A stretch of DNA of 64,000 nt from Rhodothermales bacterium (lineage in GTDB: Bacteria > Bacteroidota > Rhodothermia > Rhodothermales > Bin80), in contig OZ244857.1 of assembly GCA_965220935.1 (NCBI GenBank), forward strand, positions 2,440,929 to 2,504,928, read 5' to 3'. The number at the start of each line of letters is the position of its first letter. The first letter of the stretch is position 1. The notes beneath the pieces were generated by a model. That model did not search any database. It saw only the letters and a program-made list of their open reading frames with translations, and was not told where the DNA came from. This document shows, one piece after another, positions 15,795 to 26,056 of the stretch. The translations under genes and the position numbers were made by a program.

Positions 15795-18539
15795 ATGCAC
15801 CATTTCGAAATGCCCATGAATCTAGGTAAGAAAAACACCGTTGTGGTTCTTGACCGCCACAGCTACATCACTCAACGTCTTAATTTTGCCCGTGAACATG
15901 CTCATGGAACCCAGATCATGATGATGAGTGACCTGGCCATCAGACTTGCGGGTGGATTCATTAAAACCGTTGACATTTCGTTTCTTCGGGCCACCATTCA
16001 TGAAACGATTCTTGATACAGATCTTGGAAGCTTAAATGTTATCAAAGATCTTCCAGGATTTGTGGCAGCAGCTACAAATACGCTTAACAAGGCCTGGCTC
16101 AGCGGCTATGATCTGAACCAATCACACCCTCGTGTGAAAGAGATTGCTCGTCTAAATGCTGCTGTGACCAAACGATTGCCACCTTCAATGCTACCACCTG
16201 CATCTCTCATTGCTGAAGCCTATAAGAACATTGCCCATGCACCTACAATTTTAGGTAGCATCAGATTCATGGGAATGACAGAACTCCACCCGTGCTGGTG
16301 GCCCCTGATTGAGCAATTGTGCGATCATGTACCTGTCACTTGGGTTGCAGGACCTCGACATATTCCTATGCACCTACCTAAGGGATGTGAACTGAAAACC
16401 GAATCTAAACAATGTCCACAAATCAAAACAATAAGCTGCTCAACCCCCTATCATGAAGCTATTGAAGCGATGCGATGGGCACGCCAACTAGTGACCCAAC
16501 AGGGAGTTCTTCCTCAAGATATCGCCATTGCTACAACGGATACAAAAATATACGATGACTTCTTTTTGGCATTACGGGAGGAATCTGACCTCCCCCTCTA
16601 TTTTGCGCATGGAATCAATGTCACCCAACCCGCCCATGGCCAATCAATTCTGGCACTAGCAGATCTTCTACTTCGTGGACTCTCCTCTGACCGGATTCAT
16701 CGACTGAGCTCTCATAAACAATTCTTAACCGATAAGATCAAAAACCTGAGAGATGCATGGTGGACGTTCACTATTAAAAATCATGACATCAATCTTCTCT
16801 CCCCAGATGAGTTAAAGATCAGGGCTCAAAAGTTAATTGCCGAAGAGAGGAAATCTGATTACTTACCGCTGGCAAACCTCCTCACAGAGATCAACAAGAA
16901 TACCAAATTCAGATTGGATCAAAACCCCGTCATGAGCTTGGAAGATCATATTGCAATGAAGCAGTCATGGCTTAAAACTGGAGAAAAACTCCTTTCAGGC
17001 GCAGCGCTTAAACTATGGAAAAATCTCCTCAAAGTTGCACCTGCTGCTTCACTTGAACAAGAAGCCCCTAGAATGTCAGTCCCTGAGCCTCCAGAATTCT
17101 GTGAACGCGTCGCATGGATGCCCGCTCAATCCCTTGCCGCTTCCCCACGCAAACACGCCCGACTTCTTGGGCTTAATTCATACCATTGGCCCCGAGAAAA
17201 CATCAAGGATTTACTATTGACCGGGCCTGGATTAGAAAATGCAAGTGAATCCTTAGATCCGCTGCCAGTAGCGGATGCCGATCAACGCGATTTTTCTACA
17301 ATCTGTAACACAACCTCTGAATCGGTCATTTGCTCTTTTTCTAGATACGATGCCGATGGAAAAGTGCTCGGACGTAGCCACCTGCTTACACCTGACATCT
17401 ACCATCCCACTTTAAAGTTATTTCGCAACTCTAGTCCTCCACATGCAATGAGCGAATCTGACTATCTGCTCGCTTCGCCCGATAAATTCAAACAGAATGA
17501 TCATGCGATCAGAGCGCTCCAATGTTGGACAAATTGGAACACATGTCACATTACCGAACACGACGGGTTGATCAAAGAAAATCACCCCCTGATTCGCCAT
17601 GTCCTCAAAAAACCCGCATCGGCCACTTCACTGACGCGCATGTTACGAGCCCCACTCGGATATATTTGGTATTATGGCTTGCATTGGCGAGGAGTGACTA
17701 CTCAGTCGGACCGCCTAACTTTAAGCCCTCTTAACTTCGGAATCTTGGTTCACCGTGCATTACAATCCATCCTTCAAACTCTTGAGTTCATCCGAAAAAA
17801 TTCTGAAGCAACCCCTATAAGTGATTCCATTATATCCTCGCTTGAATCTACATTTGAGATATGGGAATCTCTATATGGAACGCCACCAAAATTGCTGTGG
17901 GAAGAGACAAAAAAACAGATACAATCTATCACAACAACGGTGTTCAATGACTATCCATCAACAGAGAGTACATTATCGTTTTCTGAGGTTCCATTTGGGG
18001 GTAATAAATCAGAGATGAACCAAGATTCTCCGTGGGATTCAGACCGCCCCGTCACTCTTCCAGGAACAGACTTAAAAATTACTGGCTTCATAGACCGTAT
18101 TGACATTGATTACAATGACCTTCAAGCGCGTCTTACTGATTACAAAACAGGAAAACCAACGAAGAAGTCTGGGTTAAGAGGTGGACTTGAACTCCAAAGA
18201 TGCATTTACTATGTCGCTGCAAATTCACTATTACAGTCAGAGTTGGACATTTCTACCAGCCTCCTATATCTCCAGAATGGAGATCAGCTTACACTGCCCG
18301 AACCCCAACAAGAATTCATCAATGATCTATCAAAAAATGTAAATGAAGCCATTAAGAATTTCAACCAAGGTCATGTTTTCTTTGGGGCAAGCCCCAAACA
18401 AAAACATGATTTGGGTATCTATCGTGATCTGAAACTTGCTCTACCAGCCGATCTCCTTAGAGATTATGTTTCCAGAAAAGAGAAAGCACAAAACCAGAGA
18501 TTGGGACCTACGCTCCAAGAATTTTGGGAATCAGACTAA
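15795..18539 (+). CDS. AddB/RexB-like PD-(D/E)XK nuclease subunit (no Walker A, no Fe-S cysteine cluster)
   Basis: 914-aa ORF. The C-terminal RecB-family nuclease motifs are ITGFIDRIDIDYNDLQARLTDYKTGK and LELQRCIYYVAA (QxxxY). There is no GxxxxGK[ST] at the N-terminus, and only one Cys lies in the last 150 aa. It overlaps the next gene through a TAATG junction. Confidence 0.7.
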   Translation: MHHFEMPMNLGKKNTVVVLDRHSYITQRLNFAREHAHGTQIMMMSDLAIRLAGGFIKTVDISFLRATIHETILDTDLGSLNVIKDLPGFVAAATNTLNKAWLSGYDLNQSHPRVKEIARLNAAVTKRLPPSMLPPASLIAEAYKNIAHAPTILGSIRFMGMTELHPCWWPLIEQLCDHVPVTWVAGPRHIPMHLPKGCELKTESKQCPQIKTISCSTPYHEAIEAMRWARQLVTQQGVLPQDIAIATTDTKIYDDFFLALREESDLPLYFAHGINVTQPAHGQSILALADLLLRGLSSDRIHRLSSHKQFLTDKIKNLRDAWWTFTIKNHDINLLSPDELKIRAQKLIAEERKSDYLPLANLLTEINKNTKFRLDQNPVMSLEDHIAMKQSWLKTGEKLLSGAALKLWKNLLKVAPAASLEQEAPRMSVPEPPEFCERVAWMPAQSLAASPRKHARLLGLNSYHWPRENIKDLLLTGPGLENASESLDPLPVADADQRDFSTICNTTSESVICSFSRYDADGKVLGRSHLLTPDIYHPTLKLFRNSSPPHAMSESDYLLASPDKFKQNDHAIRALQCWTNWNTCHITEHDGLIKENHPLIRHVLKKPASATSLTRMLRAPLGYIWYYGLHWRGVTTQSDRLTLSPLNFGILVHRALQSILQTLEFIRKNSEATPISDSIISSLESTFEIWESLYGTPPKLLWEETKKQIQSITTTVFNDYPSTESTLSFSEVPFGGNKSEMNQDSPWDSDRPVTLPGTDLKITGFIDRIDIDYNDLQARLTDYKTGKPTKKSGLRGGLELQRCIYYVAANSLLQSELDISTSLLYLQNGDQLTLPEPQQEFINDLSKNVNEAIKNFNQGHVFFGASPKQKHDLGIYRDLKLALPADLLRDYVSRKEKAQNQRLGPTLQEFWESD

Positions 18540-21500
18540 TGCCCAAACAAAACACTTCCCTGGCTGATTCGCAGTCCAGAAATCGAGCCCTAACAGCGAT
18601 TGATGAATCCCTAGTTGTTGAGGCTGGCGCTGGAACCGGAAAGACAACGATTCTGGCAGGACGGATTGCGGTGATGCTAACTCTGGGAAAACCTCCTCAA
18701 CACATTGTTGCTGTAACATTCACAGAAGCCGCTGCCAGTGAGCTCCTTCTGCGGGTTCGAGAGTATGTACACCTTCTTCAAACAGGACAATTTCCGCCCG
18801 GGCTAAAAGCTGCCCTTGACGGAGAGCTGACTCCTAAGCAAAAGAAGAACCTTGAAAAAGCGGAAGACAACCTTGATGCATTAACATGCTCTACAATCCA
18901 CGGCTTCTGTCAGCGCGTGCTCAAAACGTTTCCTGTGGAAGCGAATATTGATCCTGGAGCAACCGTGATGGATGAAATGCAATCTAAAGGTGTCTTTCAT
19001 GAAGTCATGCACGGGTGGCTTAGACAAATTCTGTCTGATGATGATGGATACTTAGTTGCACAAATCTTGACGCGTAACAATCTTGATCATCTTCAAAAAA
19101 TCACGAACTGTGTGCGCATACATCGACAGGCTATCGCTAAACCGATGCATCAACTTGATGAGCGTCTCATAGAGTTCAGAGATTCACTCCAACAGTATGT
19201 GGATAACATCAGCAATATGGAGGAAAGCGTCCCCTCCGCGAAGGCAATTGCTAAAATTTTCATCCAATGGATTGAGATGTCTAAGATTACCCCAGAATCC
19301 AGCGTCAGCGAAATCATTGCATGCATTGATTTCGCCGCAAAAAATGAGCTCGTTACTCAAGAGAATTCCCGAACCACAGTGACGACCTACTATAATAGGT
19401 CAACTGCATCTGACTGGAATAAGGCATTGTCAGGAACAAAAAAATCCATCAACGAGGCCCGGAAGCGTGCAACCGATCTCTACAATCATGTCCGCGACCT
19501 ATGGAACAAGAGTATTCGTCATGAACTCTCTTCTGTGCTTCTTGGCCAACTCCTCGTTGACCTTAAGGGCTTATTAAAGCGCTACCAACAGTATAAACGA
19601 TCCGCAGGCCTCCTAGATTTTGATGACCTCATTATTGGAGTTTTAGAGCTACTTAGGCATCCTGATCATGGGCATGATGTTCGGCAAGCCCTCGCGAAGC
19701 AGTATCGTTATATCTTGGTTGACGAGTTTCAGGATACCGATGCTCAGCAAGCGGAAATTTTCTGGAGTCTTAGTAGCAGTGATCATCATGATGACTGGAC
19801 TAAACTTAAACCTCGTGCGGGCTCGCTATTTATCGTTGGTGATCCAAATCAATCAATATACAGGTTTCGAGGAGCGAACGTTGACATTTATTCAAAAGCA
19901 CGAAAAACATTCCCATCCAACAATGTGCTGAGCATTGTCACAAACTTCCGATCAACTGCCCCAGTCCTTGAGTTTATCAATGACAGATTCACACAACCGC
20001 TATCTGATGGTTACACCCATTTAATCCCCTTTAACCAGGAAACAAATGATTCACCATCAGTGGCGTCTATAGGATTTAATCCAAATGATGCAACAAATTC
20101 CAAGTTCCATGAAACCGAAGCGGTCGCTGTTGCCCAAGTATGCCATGAATTAATAACGTCACACTATCAAGCCAGCGATATTGCGTTGTTGACTCCGACT
20201 GGAACTGAGATACACTATTACGAACAGGCGCTACAAAATTTGGGAATTCAATTTGAAGCGCAGGCAGGCAAAAACTTCTTTCTTCTTCAAGAAATTCAAG
20301 ACTTAGTTGCATTAACGCTCATACTAGCGGATGGGAATAACAGTTTAGCCTTGGGGGCCTTCCTTAGAGGCCCACTGGTTGGAATCACCGACCAAGAACT
20401 CCTTGATTTAGCCTGGAAATTGCCACGAAATCCAGACCGACCTGATGAAACGGCTTCTCTGAATGCATGGATTGATGTGAATGTGATCAAACATGAAATT
20501 ATTTCAGATGTGATTATTAAACTCCAATCACTATTAAAGATTGCACATCGGTGCACCCCCTATCTGTTGTTAGCTTCTGCAGTAGACTGCTTCCACATCC
20601 GGGCACATCTAAGGCTTCGCTATGGCGATCAAGCGCCCCGAGCACTCTCAAATGTGGATCTCTTCCTTGAAAAAGCAAGGGCATACAATATCAGAGGTCT
20701 CAGGGATTTTGCCTCATCAATCTATCAAAAGTGGGGAGATGAAACCCCTACTCCCGAAGCGAAACCAGATATTTCACAGGACGCTGTTACGATCAGTACG
20801 ATACACAATGCAAAGGGGCTTGAGTGGCCAGTAGTGATCCCTATTAATACATGGAAGAGCCCAAGACCTGCAGATAACATCATCGTTGACCGATTGACCA
20901 GTGAGATATATGCATCCATATTCTCAATTCAGACCAGTGGCTTTGATGAAATCAAAGCACACGAGAATGAGCAGCTGCGAGATGAAAGGATCCGCCTGTG
21001 GTATGTCGCGGCAACCCGTGCTCGGAATCTGCTTCTGCTGACAGCACCAACAAACTTAGATCCTACTGCCACAGACAAGAGTTGGAGAGCAATCGTTGAT
21101 CTACGCACAGATGATCTACCATATTTCACTTCCAAGCGAATTCCAAAAAAAGATAATGAGGTGCTCCCTGAAAAGGTGAAGGTGCAAACATACGAGGATT
21201 TTATTGCCGAAGGTGATCAAATCAAACAGGTATCAAACCGCCTGAGATGGATCAGTCCAAGTAAAGATGAAGTTCCGCCTATTGATCTGGAGACCACAAT
21301 TATTGATGACGAGGATCACAGTATTGAAACGGCTGATATTCAAGGCAAAGGGTTCATTAGGGGATTAGTGATTCACCGATTAATTGAAGAAATAATCACT
21401 GGCGAGACCCATCGCGAAGATCTGTCATGCAGAGCACAGCAACTCAGTGACCAGATCCACACATCATTTGAAATTCATCCCCCTGTTGTAATGGATACTG

Positions 21501-21820
21501 AAGAGATAAGTTTTCGCATCCAGAGAACGTTGGATCTACCACCGATTAGCCATCTCTTGGGTTCCTTAGTCCCTGAATGTCCAGTATATAATGTTGTCTC
21601 AGATACAGAAAAAGAATCTGTTATCACTGGCATTGCTGATGCAATCAGCTTTTCATCAGATGGTTCTCCACAATTGATTATTGACTGGAAAAGTGGGAGG
21701 GCGACATCCCACCATCAGCAGCAAATCGGAGCTTACATGAATGCAGCCGGCATTTCCAAAGGCCTCTTAGTTTACATTGACAGCGGTCAAATCAAAGAAG
21801 TCAATGTATCCATACGATAA
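18539..21820 (+). CDS. AddA/UvrD-family helicase with C-terminal PD-(D/E)XK nuclease domain
   Basis: I place the start at ATG 18539, overlapping the upstream TAA (18537-18539); the track starts at TTG 18524. UvrD motifs seen are VEAGAGTGKTT, VAVTFTEAAASEL, TIHGFC, LVDEFQDTD, GDPNQSIYRFRGA, TIHNAKGLEWPVV and LWYVAATRAR. The C-terminal nuclease signature is GIADAISF...QLIIDWKSG...QQIGAY. Confidence 0.8.
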   Translation: MPKQNTSLADSQSRNRALTAIDESLVVEAGAGTGKTTILAGRIAVMLTLGKPPQHIVAVTFTEAAASELLLRVREYVHLLQTGQFPPGLKAALDGELTPKQKKNLEKAEDNLDALTCSTIHGFCQRVLKTFPVEANIDPGATVMDEMQSKGVFHEVMHGWLRQILSDDDGYLVAQILTRNNLDHLQKITNCVRIHRQAIAKPMHQLDERLIEFRDSLQQYVDNISNMEESVPSAKAIAKIFIQWIEMSKITPESSVSEIIACIDFAAKNELVTQENSRTTVTTYYNRSTASDWNKALSGTKKSINEARKRATDLYNHVRDLWNKSIRHELSSVLLGQLLVDLKGLLKRYQQYKRSAGLLDFDDLIIGVLELLRHPDHGHDVRQALAKQYRYILVDEFQDTDAQQAEIFWSLSSSDHHDDWTKLKPRAGSLFIVGDPNQSIYRFRGANVDIYSKARKTFPSNNVLSIVTNFRSTAPVLEFINDRFTQPLSDGYTHLIPFNQETNDSPSVASIGFNPNDATNSKFHETEAVAVAQVCHELITSHYQASDIALLTPTGTEIHYYEQALQNLGIQFEAQAGKNFFLLQEIQDLVALTLILADGNNSLALGAFLRGPLVGITDQELLDLAWKLPRNPDRPDETASLNAWIDVNVIKHEIISDVIIKLQSLLKIAHRCTPYLLLASAVDCFHIRAHLRLRYGDQAPRALSNVDLFLEKARAYNIRGLRDFASSIYQKWGDETPTPEAKPDISQDAVTISTIHNAKGLEWPVVIPINTWKSPRPADNIIVDRLTSEIYASIFSIQTSGFDEIKAHENEQLRDERIRLWYVAATRARNLLLLTAPTNLDPTATDKSWRAIVDLRTDDLPYFTSKRIPKKDNEVLPEKVKVQTYEDFIAEGDQIKQVSNRLRWISPSKDEVPPIDLETTIIDDEDHSIETADIQGKGFIRGLVIHRLIEEIITGETHREDLSCRAQQLSDQIHTSFEIHPPVVMDTEEISFRIQRTLDLPPISHLLGSLVPECPVYNVVSDTEKESVITGIADAISFSSDGSPQLIIDWKSGRATSHHQQQIGAYMNAAGISKGLLVYIDSGQIKEVNVSIR

Positions 21821-22198
21821 TAATCAATCTCTCATATTCTAACCAAATTGTTTATCCAAAATGACTAATTGTAGGTGAATAAGACAATCTTATTCGACAA
21901 ATGCGCGAATAGTTTGAATTAGAATCTTGATCTTACTTGACATGTTTTGGGTTCAGATGTGACATTTGATTATTGGTTGCATTAATAATTGATTTCAACC
22001 ACCGCGAGACCTATCTTCAGGGCTACCGAGTCTATGGCTATCAGGAAGTTGCAATGAGTTCAGGGAGTCAAGTTTGGATTCCAAGCGGGCGTTGCTCGTT
22101 TTCAAGTCCGATCAAAAATGAGCAATCAGATAGAAGATGCTATGTTGCTAATGCGTTCTGTGAGTTCATTTGCCTCTCTGTGGATCATGCCGTAGCAT

Positions 22199-22445
22199 TT
22201 ACCGCTCACGGCTCCACTTTGATGAATCTTTTCCTTGTTTAGGCGACTCATCCTCTATCTTCGACATGTCAATCTGCTTTCTGCCATACGCATCAATCAG
22301 CCACGTATGCATGGAGGGAATGGGAATACCATAGTCCCCGTCGTCTCGCTCATCAATGATTCCTTGCTCAAGTGCTTTGTCAAACAGATTGTCTGCTTCT
22401 TCTTTGGAATACGCTTGCTTGAGTGAAGATTTGATGTCATCAATC
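22199..22445 (-). pseudogene. C-terminal fragment of ATPase paralogue A, separated from the rest of the gene by the IS256-family insertion
   Basis: My reverse translation gives ...IDDIKSSLKQAYSKEEADNLFDKALEQGIIDERDDGDYGIPIPSMHTWLIDAYGRKQIDMSKIEDESPKQGKDSSKWSRER, ending at the stop at 22201-22199. It is collinear with the C-terminus of the intact paralogue at 28580..29920. It joins 25042..25987 in frame once the IS and one copy of the 8-bp duplication are removed. Confidence 0.85.
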
Positions 22446-22532
22446 GGGGTTGTCCGAAAATTAGTTGATGTTCAATATTCTGGGAACCATCTACTGGTAT
22501 CCTTATCCATTCCATATTATCAACATTAACTC

Positions 22533-23558
22533 ATGCTATTACCTGAAGATTTTGGACAGTTACAGCAGACCTTGGAAGAAGCTGGGGTCTCTGGGCAACA
22601 GTTACGCGTGTCTCTGTTACGCCACTGTAGTGACTTGATCCAGCACCTCACGCACGATCTTGGCATGCCCAGTGCTCTTGACACTACGTCTGATTCTGCT
22701 CAAGAACCCATTCATGCAGATCCAGAAGAAGAGACATCGACAGCGCCTTTGTCGTCGCCCAGTTTCCCCGAATATGGGGATGAGTCCGATCTCCATCAGA
22801 TTCGCATGGAGGCGCTGGAAGTCTTTGATCACCGCCGTCTTGACGAAGAGACCTATGCCGTGTTGTGGATGGATGTGCTACGCGTCTGGGGTGCACCCTT
22901 CTTGCTGTGTATGGGCTCTACTTTGGAAGGCGATCGGCGTATGTTAGGATTTGAGCAGGCCTCCGCACAGAATATCGCCCGTGTGACGCATTTGTTTGCG
23001 TCGCTTCTCCATCGTGGACTGTCGCTTGACGATGGACTGCTTTGTATCACCCCCGTCACCGTCACGCTGGATCAGGTGTTAATGGACCTGGGTGGTGAGC
23101 GCATTCGCCTGCAGCATTGCCATCTGCACAAGCGTGAACGGATCGTAAGTGTTCTCACCGAGGAGCAACAAACCCAGATGCGGGGGCAGATCAACCGTGC
23201 CTTCTCCATTCCTGATGCCAAACAGGCACGGGAGGCGCTCTTGCGGATTCATGACCGCCTCCTGCGATGGAATCGTTCGGCTGCCCAGCGTCTGTTCAAG
23301 GATCTGGATCTATGTCTGACCTTGCATCAAACCGGACGGTATGAGCACTTGAGTCGCAGTCTGCGCACAACCTCTTGCGTTACCCATACCGTGCAGTATG
23401 TGAATCAGCGACTGCGAGGCATCCGTCACTGGCTGTCTCCCCAGTCGCGTCGTGCACAACTCGCACTGTTGCTGCTGGAACGCGAATCAAAGATGCATCG
23501 ACTCGCTCATGCTTCGTATCTTTCTTCCATGCAAACGTCTCTGTTTCCTTCCACATGA
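22533..23558 (+). CDS. IS-internal ORF: degenerate IS256/Mutator-type transposase paralogue lacking catalytic acidic residues
   Basis: 341 aa. It aligns by eye with the downstream transposase: RMLGFEQASAQN vs RVLGFVEATTEN, LQHCHLHKRERIVSVL vs VQRCTWHKRENVLGKV, and SLRTTSCVTHTVQYVNQRL vs SFQTTNIIESINSEL. The second-Asp block (LLVCIDGAKGL) is LLCITPVTVTL here, and the catalytic Glu position is Thr/His. Confidence 0.55.
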   Translation: MLLPEDFGQLQQTLEEAGVSGQQLRVSLLRHCSDLIQHLTHDLGMPSALDTTSDSAQEPIHADPEEETSTAPLSSPSFPEYGDESDLHQIRMEALEVFDHRRLDEETYAVLWMDVLRVWGAPFLLCMGSTLEGDRRMLGFEQASAQNIARVTHLFASLLHRGLSLDDGLLCITPVTVTLDQVLMDLGGERIRLQHCHLHKRERIVSVLTEEQQTQMRGQINRAFSIPDAKQAREALLRIHDRLLRWNRSAAQRLFKDLDLCLTLHQTGRYEHLSRSLRTTSCVTHTVQYVNQRLRGIRHWLSPQSRRAQLALLLLERESKMHRLAHASYLSSMQTSLFPST

Positions 23559-23652
23559 ATGGATCTCTCCAGACGTTGCCAGCAAGAACGACAAAAACCC
23601 ATAGGTTCTGTCGTTTCTGTTTCTCTTTTTACTCTTTAATCTACCCAATTTA

Positions 23653-25026
23653 ATGAAAACAACCTATCGACAAGGTCTCCCCGAACGAGACAATGGCTTT
23701 ATGGAGCTCTTTGAAGAAGAGCTTCAAGATGATGTCAGCGCAGGGAAGTTAGTGGATGATTATGTCACAATGGCGCAGGAGATCCTTGCCCTGCTGTTAA
23801 TTGACAATGAAGTGGAGCATTTATGTGGAGCGTACGCGAAGCATGACGATGTCCATGAGGGGCGCTATCAACGGTGGGGATCCAATCCAGGCTCCATCAA
23901 GATTCAAGGGGAGCGACTGCCGATCCGAGTCCCCCGTGTCCGCGATAGGGTGACCAAGAAAGAGGTTCCTCTCCAACGCTATCAGAAGTTGCGTAAACTG
24001 CCACCGAAGCAACAAGAGCATTTGACCAATCAGGTCTTCTATGGACTCACGCAGCGTAATTATCGCAAAGTGGTCCGTGCCTTCATCAATGGCATTGCTC
24101 CCTTCAAATCCTCGGTCAGTGAGGCATTCATTGAGCAAAGTACGCGAGAGTTGGAAGCGTTTGAACGGCGCCAGATCGGATCCGAAACGTATGTGGTCCT
24201 CATGATTGACGGCAAATATATGCGTGAACGCCAAATCTTGCACTGTGTGGGTATTACCGAAGAGGGACAGAAGCGCGTTCTGGGATTCGTAGAGGCGACG
24301 ACGGAGAATGCTGAGGCCGTTGAGGGGTTATTGTTGAATCTGATTGAACGCGGCTTGCGTTATGAGAAGGGACTGCTGGTCTGCATTGATGGAGCCAAAG
24401 GACTTCGTAAAGCGGTCGAGGATGTCTTTGGGGAGTATGCTCAGGTGCAACGTTGCACCTGGCACAAACGGGAGAATGTGCTCGGGAAAGTGAGGCAAGC
24501 GTCAAAACAACGTATCAAATCGAAACTCAATGATGCGTATAAGACCACAGAGTATGACGAAGCCAAGCAGAAGTTGGACACCCTCTGTGATACGCTGGAC
24601 AAAGAAGGAGAAGGCATGGCCGCCAAGAGCTTGCGGGAAGGCTTAGAAGAAACCCTGACACTCCAAAAACTCGGAGTGGTGGACGAATTGGGAAGGAGTT
24701 TCCAGACGACCAATATCATTGAGAGCATCAATAGCGAGCTTGAAGCGAACCTCAAGCGGATCAAACGCTGGGTGAACTCAAGTCAGTATCACCGATGGAT
24801 TGCCATGTCCATCATCAAGAGCGAGCAGAACTTCAACCCCATTGCTGGATCCAGTCATCTGCCAACGCTGCAGAAAGCACTTCTGGAGCGGGTGCCATCC
24901 ATGGAGAAAGCACCCAACCCGAGGCAAAATGAACACAAGATACCCCCTATGGATTCAACAGAATCTGTACATAAAGAGGAAATGAAGTCTATCTCTAATC
25001 GGATAAGAATTCCGAACATCAACTAA
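23653..25026 (+). CDS. IS256-family (Mutator-type) DDE transposase
   Basis: 457 aa. Family blocks are VVLMIDGKYM (D1), LLVCIDGAKGLRKAV (D2), QRCTWHKRENVL and TTNIIESINSEL (E). It sits between the 28-bp TIRs. Confidence 0.9.
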   Translation: MKTTYRQGLPERDNGFMELFEEELQDDVSAGKLVDDYVTMAQEILALLLIDNEVEHLCGAYAKHDDVHEGRYQRWGSNPGSIKIQGERLPIRVPRVRDRVTKKEVPLQRYQKLRKLPPKQQEHLTNQVFYGLTQRNYRKVVRAFINGIAPFKSSVSEAFIEQSTRELEAFERRQIGSETYVVLMIDGKYMRERQILHCVGITEEGQKRVLGFVEATTENAEAVEGLLLNLIERGLRYEKGLLVCIDGAKGLRKAVEDVFGEYAQVQRCTWHKRENVLGKVRQASKQRIKSKLNDAYKTTEYDEAKQKLDTLCDTLDKEGEGMAAKSLREGLEETLTLQKLGVVDELGRSFQTTNIIESINSELEANLKRIKRWVNSSQYHRWIAMSIIKSEQNFNPIAGSSHLPTLQKALLERVPSMEKAPNPRQNEHKIPPMDSTESVHKEEMKSISNRIRIPNIN

Positions 25027-25041
25027 TTTTCGGACAACCCC

Positions 25042-25987
25042 CATCAATCATCATGGTGTCCCCTAATGGAACATCATTGAATGTTTTTGCGAGAACCTGT
25101 CGTTTCCTCTTATCAATACCGTGGGCGCGCTGTCTATAATACTGAAGTCGAAACTCCGCCCCCTTTTCAAGGACAATCCGCAGGCCCGCATCCGTCATTT
25201 GATGATTGTTAGATTTAAGATAATTAGCAGCAGGCTTAACATAGGAAATGATATGCTGTGGCCATCCATGCGTTTGCTCAGAGATGGACTCAATCCATGG
25301 AGTTGGATCATCTATCGCTCCACCTGCTTCCGTGAGCCAATCTCGGATCACTTTATATTCTGAATCTTTATCCAATCGCCCCAGATTTATTAAAGATTCT
25401 CCTTCAAATCGTGATATGCCCAGTGAGTTAAAAGCAGACTCGGTCGTGCCAAGTCCAGCGGACAGAAGAATGACTGGACGGTCTAACCGCCCATTATGAA
25501 TCGCTTTGAGTACGTTGGCGGCAACCGTGTGCTGTTGACCAACTGGCTTGTTTGAACCTCCAAGCATCTGCGCCTCGTCCAAGATGAGAAGTAAAGGTTT
25601 CCTCCCCGACTTGAGGACTTTTTTGATGGTTGCGGCAGAATCCTTCACACTTAGTTCAATGCTCCCAACCTCTGGTAGCCCTGCGTTCACCTTTCCACTA
25701 AGCTTTTTTAGTATATTCCGATCTGGAATGGATTCGCGGAGGGTCTTAACATCCCAAAGAGCGGGCGCATCAATTTCAGCAGTTTTCCATTTTCGGTCCT
25801 CAGCAACCAGCCTCAGTTGATCAAGTAATGCCGTCTTTCCCGCGCCCGGTGCTCCTTGTATCAGGAAAGTGGATCCCCTTTTTTTGGAGAGATAGCGTTT
25901 AAGGGCGCTGGTAAACATGTCAATAACTTCTTGCCTCCCGTGAAAATATTCAGCAGGTCCTCGATCCTCAATGAAATCAGAACTCAT
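25042..25987 (-). pseudogene. N-terminal ~315 codons of ATPase paralogue A (disrupted by IS insertion)
   Basis: The track ORF 25019..25987 reads normal paralogue sequence up to ...PLGDTMMID, then runs into the IS right end (GGCPKIS, then stop). Walker A FLIQGAPGAGKTALL and Walker B LLLILDEAQ are intact. Confidence 0.9.
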
Positions 25988-26056
25988 GGTATTTCAGGAT
26001 TGATTAAATGCACGCAAACGCTGGAAATTTGATCTCGGTTGATCATGTCGTAGCAT

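Larger units (their letters stand above)
22446..25041 (+). mobile_element. IS256-family insertion sequence (2596 bp) with two ORFs
   Basis: It has perfect 28-bp terminal inverted repeats: ggggttgtccgaaaattagttgatgttc at 22446-22473, and its reverse complement at 25014-25041. An 8-bp direct target duplication, catcaatc, lies at 22438-22445 and 25042-25049. The uninterrupted paralogue shows a single catcaatc in the same context (~28869-28876). The transposase stop lies inside the right IR. Confidence 0.92.
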
